In this document: in pieces, positions 25,656 to 33,157 of the stretch
Layout: every line of letters starts with the position of its first letter
How positions within the stretch are numbered: the stretch's first letter is position 1
Source of the DNA: a bacterium
GTDB lineage: Bacteria; Cyanobacteriota; Vampirovibrionia; Gastranaerophilales; Gastranaerophilaceae
Assembly: GCA_017406505.1 (NCBI GenBank)
Contig: JAFQYI010000108.1
Span: forward strand, 1-36,410
Reading direction: 5' to 3'
DNA: 36,410 nt
Made by a program: the position numbers and the translations under genes
The notes under the pieces: model-generated
The model's database searches: none
What the model was told of the DNA's origin: nothing
Seen by the model: only the letters and a program-made list of their open reading frames with translations

Positions 25656-27467
25656 CTATATTGAATAATAGAATTTCTTAATTTTTTCAGCCATCATTTT
25701 TCTACGTTCTAGCAAAAATTCATCATAATCGCTTGCTTGCATTGTCAGAACTCTCTCAGGGATACAATTTGTTTTTAAATTATTTTTAAGTTCTTCTTCA
25801 TTTAAAATTGTACCTACGCAACATTGTCCATTTTTACATTGCTCTAATGCTTTTGTAAAATATTCACACGGAGCTTGCTTTCCAATAGAAATATTTACAC
25901 CGGTATCTAAATAAGTATAGTTTGCTACTTGATTATATTTTGATTTATCATCAAATCCGTTCTGTTTTAAATATTCTTTTGGGAATATATGATGAACATC
26001 ACCCATAATGGAAATCAAGTCAGAAACTTTGGTTGTTGAAGAGAACAATGACTGTTCTGCGTTCCAAACTTGTGCTGCAATATAGGTATTAAAATACGGA
26101 CTGTTAATAGATGAGGTTTCCAGATTTTGTACTAAACCTACATTCCAGAAAGCTTCAGATAAATCAGCTTCTTCAACTTCCTGCAAGAAAGCCTTAAATC
26201 CTTTTGCACTAATATTTCTTAAATCTCTATCCATTTGTGATTCAGGTGAACCGATATATCTGCTTGTCAACGTTGATAAAATGAACCACTTTTGTACTAA
26301 TTTTTTAACTTCTGTTTTTTCAATTTCTTTTGAATTGCTTAGCATTAAATATAATGTATAAGCGAAATCTAATGTCATTTTTGAATTTAAAAGTTTTTCA
26401 CTTATGAAGCCACAGCCTTTTATAGCAAGAACAAAATTTTTGAAATTATATTCGTTCATAAAATTTTTTACACCGGCTGTCAGTTTATTGAAGCTGTCTT
26501 CTGCAATATCTTCCTTATAAGTTCTTGTTTCAAAATCTCTACCAGATAGTAAGCTTACTAAATCACCTAGTTTACCTCTTCCGAATTTGTGCATTAGACA
26601 AACACGCAACATATCATTGTAATCAGGGTCATATATTGCCTCTTTATCATCCTTTAACCATTTTAATAATCCTGCAAATTCAGACTCCATAAATTCAATA
26701 TCTGTTGTAGAAAGTTTTTCATAAAAGTTTGGATCAACAGCTAAATGACAGAAATAGTCGATTGCTTTTCTAAGAATGTTGCCACCATATTTAGCATCTG
26801 CTGCAATTTTAGACATAGCAAAGTCTGATTCATTAAGGCGTTTGCCTTGAGAATTTATTCTTACAAAAATTTCTGTAACTTCGTTTATATCTAAATCCGG
26901 AACAAGTATTATTGTGCCCATTTGGCAAGTTCTAATATCTAATAATTTTTGAATTGCTCTATTAATAGTGTCCGTGGAAGCTTCAGGATTATTTTGCATG
27001 TATTCATTTATAAAATTAAAAGCGTTAAAATCAGGTTTAAATACAACGGAAATATCCGGAATCCAATTTTTACTTTTTACATGAGCTGGAGTTTGAACCG
27101 CAAAACGTTCCTCATCATCTTGCGCCAAAGGATTAAATGCTATTTTATATGCTTTTTGTTCGTATTCTTCAGTAAGAATACACTTGCCAGCCAATGCTGT
27201 CATTAAAGCTGTAACTCTTTGCTGACCATCAATTAAAATTTTTGTTCCGCCAGCCTCTCTACCATCTTTTAACCTTATATTTGGATTCTGCCAAATAATT
27301 AAATAACCTGTCGGATAACCATTATACAAAGAGTCTATCAGGTCTCTTACATTTTTAGGTTTCCAAACAAAAGGACGTTGTATTTCAGGAATGGATATTT
27401 CTCCACTATTTATAAAACCAAGAATATTATCTACTGAATATTGTGCAACTGAATATTTATTAGTCAT
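25656..27467 (-). CDS. DUF262 (ParB-like NTPase) + DUF1524 (HNH/His-Me) protein, GmrSD/SspE/BrxU-type nuclease
   Basis: N-terminus IPEIQRPFVWK...LIDGQQRVTAL. C-terminus GDVHHIFPKEYL...NQVANYTYLDTGVNISIG. 603 aa. Confidence 0.8.
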   Translation of the reverse strand: MTNKYSVAQYSVDNILGFINSGEISIPEIQRPFVWKPKNVRDLIDSLYNGYPTGYLIIWQNPNIRLKDGREAGGTKILIDGQQRVTALMTALAGKCILTEEYEQKAYKIAFNPLAQDDEERFAVQTPAHVKSKNWIPDISVVFKPDFNAFNFINEYMQNNPEASTDTINRAIQKLLDIRTCQMGTIILVPDLDINEVTEIFVRINSQGKRLNESDFAMSKIAADAKYGGNILRKAIDYFCHLAVDPNFYEKLSTTDIEFMESEFAGLLKWLKDDKEAIYDPDYNDMLRVCLMHKFGRGKLGDLVSLLSGRDFETRTYKEDIAEDSFNKLTAGVKNFMNEYNFKNFVLAIKGCGFISEKLLNSKMTLDFAYTLYLMLSNSKEIEKTEVKKLVQKWFILSTLTSRYIGSPESQMDRDLRNISAKGFKAFLQEVEEADLSEAFWNVGLVQNLETSSINSPYFNTYIAAQVWNAEQSLFSSTTKVSDLISIMGDVHHIFPKEYLKQNGFDDKSKYNQVANYTYLDTGVNISIGKQAPCEYFTKALEQCKNGQCCVGTILNEEELKNNLKTNCIPERVLTMQASDYDEFLLERRKMMAEKIKKFYYSI

Positions 27468-27474
27468 ACTCCAC

Positions 27475-27513
27475 TCCTTTTTTCTTTTAGGGTATCACAA
27501 AAATGGATTTAAA
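27475..27513 (-). repeat. ~38-nt 5' leader shared with 29403-29440
   Basis: mRNA sense is TT(T/C)AAATCCAT(T/G)TTTGTGATACCCTAAAAGAAAA(AA)GGAG, located directly upstream of the DUF262/DUF1524 start codon. It overlaps the DUF1848 stop. Confidence 0.85.
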
Positions 27514-28468
27514 AATTTAATTTTAGCTGATTTTGTGCTAGAGTTTTTGCCATTTTAACAGTTTTCATTTTTCTTTCAGAAATTTTATCAAGAACTTCAT
27601 TGACTTTATCACAGAGTAATTCAGAATTGTTATCTTGCTGAGCACAATTATTCAAAACCCATTGTCTGTTATAATTAGCATAACAATATTTACACCCGTT
27701 TTTACAAGTATTATATGCTCCTATATCAATACTTTCCGCACAACCACATTCTTTTCTCTGATTTTTATCTTTACTTAAACAGTATTGGCAATTTGTTAAG
27801 CGTTCCATTAAATCTGCATCAATACAATGAGCGTGTTCTATTCCAATATCACTTAAATCTATTTTTTCTGCACAAGTATCCATTTTTAAATTGTACTGCT
27901 GTGCTATACTTACCAATTCTTTTGCAATATCTCGAATAGTTTCATCATTAAAAGGTATAACATTTGTACCTTTTAAATTTTTCTCTGTTTTCTTATATAA
28001 ATCTACAAAACTAATAGTACATTTTTCTGTATAATCAGATAATTGTTTTGCTAATTTTTCAAAATTTTCAATATGATATGCAATACTATATTTATCATTC
28101 AGAAGGATTGGATCATATCGCCAAATTACTTTTTCTTTTCCTATCATATCAGATAATTTTTTGAATGTAGAAATTACATACTTTCCTTTGTTTGGTACAA
28201 ATTCTTCAATATCAGTATCATATGAATTTAGTGTAAATTGAAAATAATAGTTATAATCTTGTAGCTTATCTAATTTATCAAGTAATGGCTCTGGATTCTT
28301 TGTCCAAAATACAATAAAATCAACAACATCTGGAGTTAATTTTATTTTGCTGATTTGATGAATATTTAAAGGATTTCGCGCTAAAACAAACCCTTCTCTT
28401 ATTCTTTCCATAAACCAATCTGAGTAAAATGCTGGAATGTCCGTCCTTCTACTTGCGCTAATAATCAT
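27509..28468 (-). CDS. DUF1848-like protein with a C-terminal CX3CX2C (radical-SAM-like Fe-S) motif
   Basis: The N-terminus MIISASRRTDIPAFYSDWFMERIREG is typical of DUF1848. The C-terminus is ECGCAESIDIGAYNTCKNGCKYCYANY. Confidence 0.7.
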   Translation of the reverse strand: MIISASRRTDIPAFYSDWFMERIREGFVLARNPLNIHQISKIKLTPDVVDFIVFWTKNPEPLLDKLDKLQDYNYYFQFTLNSYDTDIEEFVPNKGKYVISTFKKLSDMIGKEKVIWRYDPILLNDKYSIAYHIENFEKLAKQLSDYTEKCTISFVDLYKKTEKNLKGTNVIPFNDETIRDIAKELVSIAQQYNLKMDTCAEKIDLSDIGIEHAHCIDADLMERLTNCQYCLSKDKNQRKECGCAESIDIGAYNTCKNGCKYCYANYNRQWVLNNCAQQDNNSELLCDKVNEVLDKISERKMKTVKMAKTLAQNQLKLNF

Positions 28469-29396
28469 TTGACACCCCGCAATTTATTAATAATTGTGCA
28501 CTTGTACATTTGTTTTGTTTAAATACAGGATGTCCAAAAAATGTTAATATTCTTTCGTATTTTTCTCCATATGGTGTAACATAAGTAGAATATTGAAAAT
28601 ATTTTTTCTTTTGTGAAAATATTCTAATATTTTTTTCTTCCAGTTGTTCTAATATTTTTTCAAATAAATCTATTCCGCGTAATGGATAATTTACATCGTT
28701 AATAATAATTATACAGTTTTGTATATTTTTATTTTTAAGTAAATTAGAAATACTTTCAAACATAATTAAAATTTTATCTCTATTGCCATCTGCAATAAAA
28801 CTAGAAATCACATAATTTAAAACTATTATATTAAATGTTTTGTTTTCCAATATATCACTATCCAAGATCTCTAAAATATCGCCATATCTTCCGGCAAAAC
28901 TTTCTATGGAAGCATCCTCTTGAACAACTTTTTTGATTTCCTTATGCACTTCTTTCCAAGTTTTTTCAATATCTATTCCATAATAATTTATAGTTTTTAA
29001 ATTTTCTTTTTGTTTATTGTAATAATCAATAGCAACAAATTCAGTAGATGGTCCACATCCTAAAGAAAGGAGATCATACTTCGCATAATCTTCTAAAATA
29101 CTATCACATTCATTTAAGGCGTATACTATCTCAGAAGCATAGCGATCTAATGAACGAAAAACGTATTGGTTAACTAATTTTTTACAGTTGTATTTTAAAC
29201 GAGAATTTTCTCTGTTTTCGGGATAATATATTTCATTAAAACAACAATTTTCAGAACAATAACATTGTCCTTCTGTTGGCGCAGGACATCTGCCACTAGG
29301 ATGTGAACACCCGCCTTCGCAGCCGCAACCTTGCAAAACTTCTGCAGAATTGTTTTGAGCATATTCCATTAAATAGTCATATAAACTGCTTGGCAA
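28458..29396 (-). CDS. class-I SAM-dependent methyltransferase with a Cys-rich N-terminal segment
   Basis: TTG start with AAAGGAG 6 nt upstream. GCGCEGGCSHPSGRCPAPTEGQCYCSENCC, then LLSLGCGPSTE (motif I), YYGIDIE and IIVLNYVISSF. There is no DPPY/NPPY or PCQ motif, so the substrate is unknown. Overlaps the DUF1848 gene by 11 nt. Confidence 0.65.
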   Translation of the reverse strand: MPSSLYDYLMEYAQNNSAEVLQGCGCEGGCSHPSGRCPAPTEGQCYCSENCCFNEIYYPENRENSRLKYNCKKLVNQYVFRSLDRYASEIVYALNECDSILEDYAKYDLLSLGCGPSTEFVAIDYYNKQKENLKTINYYGIDIEKTWKEVHKEIKKVVQEDASIESFAGRYGDILEILDSDILENKTFNIIVLNYVISSFIADGNRDKILIMFESISNLLKNKNIQNCIIIINDVNYPLRGIDLFEKILEQLEEKNIRIFSQKKKYFQYSTYVTPYGEKYERILTFFGHPVFKQNKCTSAQLLINCGVSNDY

Positions 29397-29402
29397 GACA
29401 TA

Positions 29403-29440
29403 CTCCTTTTCTTTTAGGGTATCACAAACATGGATTTGAA
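29403..29440 (-). repeat. second copy of the shared leader (see 27475-27513)
   Basis: Directly upstream of the methyltransferase start codon. Confidence 0.85.
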
Positions 29441-29454
29441 CATATTTTGAACGA

Positions 29455-29811
29455 TTATAAAACAGGGTTTGAATTAATTTGCCGGTTTATCCATTCCATA
29501 ATTACTGAAACAAGATATTCTTGTTCGGTTTGGGCTAGTTCTCTGTGTTGGGGAAATTTGTGCCATTTTTCAATACATCCGCGGCAGCATGTGGCGGTTG
29601 CGTGTTGAGCAATAAATACCGGATGTCCTCGCATTGGGGTTTGTTTGCCATCGTTCACAGGTTCAGCCGGAGCAACTCTATCCCTAATAAAATCACAGGC
29701 ATGAGAACGTATTTTATCAAGCCCTTTGTCTTTGATATATTCAAGCTCTTTTGCTCGGAGTTTAAATCTGCTCCTAAACTTTGATTTTGCAAGTCTATCT
29801 AAAATATCCAT
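29455..29811 (-). CDS. DUF4186-family protein, copy 3
   Basis: Same signature as copies 1 and 2. 14 nt of its 3' flank (29441-29454) are also shared with copy 1 (16531-16544). Confidence 0.8.
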   Translation of the reverse strand: MDILDRLAKSKFRSRFKLRAKELEYIKDKGLDKIRSHACDFIRDRVAPAEPVNDGKQTPMRGHPVFIAQHATATCCRGCIEKWHKFPQHRELAQTEQEYLVSVIMEWINRQINSNPVL

Positions 29812-29812
29812 A

Positions 29813-30262
29813 CTATTTCTCTTTGCACGTAGGTTTAAATTCTTCTTTTTCGTTTACAAAAACATAATTTGCGTTTCCTAGTGCACAATCAATTTCTCCA
29901 ACAAGTTTCATAACTGTTTGGATAGCATCAACCATCTCTGGTTCGCTGTGAACAGGAATTCTTTTGTAATTAAGTAAATAAAATAGTAATTTTTTATAAC
30001 TTTCTCTATCTTTACTGTTCAGAAGAAAGAAAAAATTACTTGCATTAGCACTTAACCAATTCATAACCTCTGCTGCTTCATTATTAGAACCTAAGAATAT
30101 TGTTATAATTTGATCTAATTTATTTGCGAGTTCAAGCCTGCGCATTTTAATATTTTGCATATTTTGTTGGTATGTAAGTATGCATTGTACTGCTGTAAAT
30201 ATAACAATAGCAATAGCACACATCCATTCTGCATTTTCTTGTAAAAATTTTAATATAGTCAT
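29813..30262 (-). CDS. 149-aa protein with one N-terminal transmembrane helix
   Basis: WMCAIAIVIFTAVQCILTY is a hydrophobic helix. Has a 4-nt overlap with the upstream gene and a 1-nt gap to DUF4186. Confidence 0.55.
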   Translation of the reverse strand: MTILKFLQENAEWMCAIAIVIFTAVQCILTYQQNMQNIKMRRLELANKLDQIITIFLGSNNEAAEVMNWLSANASNFFFLLNSKDRESYKKLLFYLLNYKRIPVHSEPEMVDAIQTVMKLVGEIDCALGNANYVFVNEKEEFKPTCKEK

Positions 30263-30612
30263 ACCTTCTCCTTATATGGTCCAACAGGACAATTTGCCGG
30301 ACGTGTTTCGTTCCACGCTTCAATTAATTTTTGTTTGCCATTAAATTTATTATACCAATATTTTACTTTGGCTATATTTTCTTTTGATGTTTTGCCCTCA
30401 ATTAGTTCACAATTATCAATCCGGAAACAAGCATTAATATCGACATTTTTCACATGAAAATGGCAGGGCGCATGCTCATTTGCATATATCTCAATTTTTA
30501 AATCACCAATATTATCAACTCTCTTACGGATTTCAACAACAACTCCATCATAAAATTGTGTTGAATTAATTGTATATGATAATGTCATTTCAAGGAATTC
30601 AAGCTTGTCCAT
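30259..30612 (-). CDS. DUF4160-like protein
   Basis: IEIYANEHAPCHFHVKNVDINACFRID matches the DUF4160 YxNEHxPPHxH core. The start was moved to the ATG at 30612 (AAAGGAG 5 nt upstream) from the track start at 30669. Confidence 0.65.
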   Translation of the reverse strand: MDKLEFLEMTLSYTINSTQFYDGVVVEIRKRVDNIGDLKIEIYANEHAPCHFHVKNVDINACFRIDNCELIEGKTSKENIAKVKYWYNKFNGKQKLIEAWNETRPANCPVGPYKEKV

Positions 30613-30746
30613 AAGTTCTCCTTTACTTCTAATAATATCATATATGACAGTTATGTCATATATGGACATAATTAAACATTAAACTATAAATTCAACTTTA
30701 CTTTCTTTTACTTTTGATACATCAATTATGTTAGTAGAGGTATTAT

Positions 30747-31535
30747 ATGAAGCTAAGAATAATATCTGACATACATTGCAACATTAATTCAGGACAAAGT
30801 ACAAATTTCTATTTTGCTCCGGATGATTTTGTAATTTGCTGTGGCGATATATCAGGAGATAGGCTTACCTCTGAAAAATGGATAAATGAAAATATTAAGC
30901 AAGGAATTGTTATCGGCGGAAACCATTTGGGGTATGCTCATTCAACTTATGATAAAGAAGAATCCTTGAATTTATCTATAAAATATCTTCAAAGTAAATT
31001 CTCAAGTCCTGTTTATTTTCTGGAAAACCAATGTATTATTATCGATAATATTTGTTTTATAGGCTGTATTTTATTTACTGATTTTAATCTATATGGGAAT
31101 CCTGACGGATGCAGATTTATAGCGCAGAAATATTTGAACGATTTTAGAAATGTGAAATTATATGAAAAAGGAAAATTGAGAACTATTTCAACAGAAGATC
31201 AATTGGCGTTTCATAAGAAAAGTATTAATTTTATTGAAAAAACTTGTCAAAAACACAAAGATAAAAAAGTAGTTATAATAACGCACCACGCACCAAGTTT
31301 AAAAAGCATTTCTGAAGAATACAAAAACGATTTATTGAGTGCTGTGTTTGCAAGCAATCTTGAATATTTATTTGAAAGATATTCAAATATAAAATTGTGG
31401 TGCCATGGGCATATTCACAGCTCTGTCGATTATAAACTCGGGAATGCAAGAATAATTGCCAATCCTCTCGGTTATGGTAATGAAAATGTAAATTTCAAAA
31501 AAGAAGGTATTTTAGTAGATACAGATGACTTATAA
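30747..31535 (+). CDS. calcineurin-like metallophosphoesterase
   Basis: SDIHCN, CCGDISGD, GGNHLGY, ITHHAP and CHGHIHS follow the metallophosphoesterase motif order. Confidence 0.8.
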   Translation: MKLRIISDIHCNINSGQSTNFYFAPDDFVICCGDISGDRLTSEKWINENIKQGIVIGGNHLGYAHSTYDKEESLNLSIKYLQSKFSSPVYFLENQCIIIDNICFIGCILFTDFNLYGNPDGCRFIAQKYLNDFRNVKLYEKGKLRTISTEDQLAFHKKSINFIEKTCQKHKDKKVVIITHHAPSLKSISEEYKNDLLSAVFASNLEYLFERYSNIKLWCHGHIHSSVDYKLGNARIIANPLGYGNENVNFKKEGILVDTDDL

Positions 31536-31543
31536 TATTCCAA

Positions 31544-31632
31544 CTTACATTTTTTACACGAAAAATTGAGCAAATCTTACACTTTTTTACAGGAAAATTT
31601 GGGGTAAAATTACATTTTTTTACAGGAAAGTT
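31544..31632 (+). repeat. three 24-25-bp direct repeats (candidate transposase-binding sites / left end of transposon 2)
   Basis: CTTACATTTTTTACACGAAAAATT 31544, CTTACACTTTTTTACAGGAAAATTT 31576 and ATTACATTTTTTTACAGGAAAGTT 31609, spaced 32 and 33 bp. They lie between the phosphoesterase stop and the stop of the 508-aa gene. Confidence 0.6.
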
Positions 31633-33157
31633 ATAAAATTTGAAAATTACCATCCAATTTTTGCGGTAACAGAAAATTATATCTGCTTTCAAAATCTGTT
31701 AGTTTATAAAAACCTAAATTCCTGCTGATTACATTTATTTGTACATTTTTATCAAGCAACAGTTTTATATGTGTATTTAATAAGATATCAAAATTTTCAA
31801 TTTTAATATCTTTAAATACAAGCCCTTTTTGTTTTTTAGGTATTTTATTATACAAAACATCCGGAATATTTAGTGTCCTTATTTTATATTTTGCTCTAAT
31901 GTTTTCAATATTATCTTTAGCTTTAAATTTGCTGATATTAACCGTTTTATTGATAAAATTAATATCGGTATAATGCAGCGCACCAAGTTCTGCTATATTT
32001 ATTCCGGTTGCTAATATCCATAACTCTTGTATTTTACCGTTGTCGTCAACTGTTTGCTGAATTTCTAAATCTGTTAAAACTCTATTTTCTAATGACGGTA
32101 AAATTGTTTCTTGCGTTGAAAATAAAAGGTGAGAACTACTTGCATATTTTTTCATAATTTTTTGAAGTGTGCTTATAAATCGTTTTATACTTGCAACAGA
32201 ATAACCTTCCGATAACATTTTGCTTTGGTAATTAATTAAAGTTTCCTGAGTAATATCTTTAAACTTGTATTTGCCAAAATACGGATATAAATGGTTTTGG
32301 ATATAACCTCTTGCGCAAATCGAATATTCATCTTGCTTGTTTTTAAGTGATTTCAAATAATCATCAAATGCATCCTTAACTTTTTCGTATGTAATTTTAT
32401 CCGTTTCTTTTGTCGATATTTTGCGAAGATCGGGAAGCTTTAAACTTTCGCTTCTTCTTTTCTTGATATATTCCGCTGAAAAGTTTTTAGTCAGAGCTCT
32501 TCTAAAAGATTGCACACTTGAAATCTGTTCGTTCGGATGCCTACTTCTCAATATCTCCCAAGCAATTCTGACTGAATAATTTTTTGGCGATAAATATATT
32601 TCTTCAAATTCTTTTAATTGTTCTTTTGTTACTAAACTCTTATGTTGTGGCGGATTATAGGCTTTCATTAGCCCTAATAAGCCGTTTCTTGCATAAGATG
32701 ATTTCCATCTTATAAAAGTGCTATATCCCATTTTATAATCCGGATTTTTCTTGGCTATTTCATTTAACATTTTTGAGGTTTCTTTAAACGACAAACCGCT
32801 TGTTAATCTAAACAAATTCAGACATTTTATAATGTGGCGTTTATTGTATTCTGCAGCATTGTCAAATAATGTTTGTGCTTCTTTATTATCAGATAACAAT
32901 ATTGTAATATCAAAACATAGTGAGGGCTTAGAATTTTTAGCAGACCGATTTTGTGGCAGTGCTTCAATTTGTGGATGTGAAATAATATCCGGAATATATG
33001 CAAATTCATTTTCTGCAAGTTTACTTATAACTTTTTCTTCTATTAATTCTTTAAGCACATCTTGAATTTCATTATCTGGCAATTCTAATATGCTTGCGAT
33101 TTCATCAAAAGTAAACCTGCTAAGCTGTTTACATAGTTTCTTTATCTGCTGCTTCAT
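31631..33157 (-). CDS. third transposition-module protein of transposon 2: wHTH + Mu-type DNA-binding region + tyrosine-recombinase-like C-terminal half with degenerate catalytic residues
   Basis: YIQNHLYPYFGKYKFKDITQETLINYQSKMLSEGYSVASIKRFISTLQKI is a phage-integrase SAM-like core-binding pattern. In the following region, ATGINIAEL has N where Arg-I is expected, THIKLL has L where Arg-II is expected, and LGF replaces LGH. A Tyr is retained in ESRY. Confidence 0.6.
   Translation of the reverse strand: MKQQIKKLCKQLSRFTFDEIASILELPDNEIQDVLKELIEEKVISKLAENEFAYIPDIISHPQIEALPQNRSAKNSKPSLCFDITILLSDNKEAQTLFDNAAEYNKRHIIKCLNLFRLTSGLSFKETSKMLNEIAKKNPDYKMGYSTFIRWKSSYARNGLLGLMKAYNPPQHKSLVTKEQLKEFEEIYLSPKNYSVRIAWEILRSRHPNEQISSVQSFRRALTKNFSAEYIKKRRSESLKLPDLRKISTKETDKITYEKVKDAFDDYLKSLKNKQDEYSICARGYIQNHLYPYFGKYKFKDITQETLINYQSKMLSEGYSVASIKRFISTLQKIMKKYASSSHLLFSTQETILPSLENRVLTDLEIQQTVDDNGKIQELWILATGINIAELGALHYTDINFINKTVNISKFKAKDNIENIRAKYKIRTLNIPDVLYNKIPKKQKGLVFKDIKIENFDILLNTHIKLLLDKNVQINVISRNLGFYKLTDFESRYNFLLPQKLDGNFQIL

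Noticed and set aside
31495-31692. 65-aa minus-strand ORF spanning the triple repeat.
   Set aside because: Its repetitive peptide (NFPVKKC twice) simply translates the DNA repeats. It also overlaps the ends of two well-supported genes.
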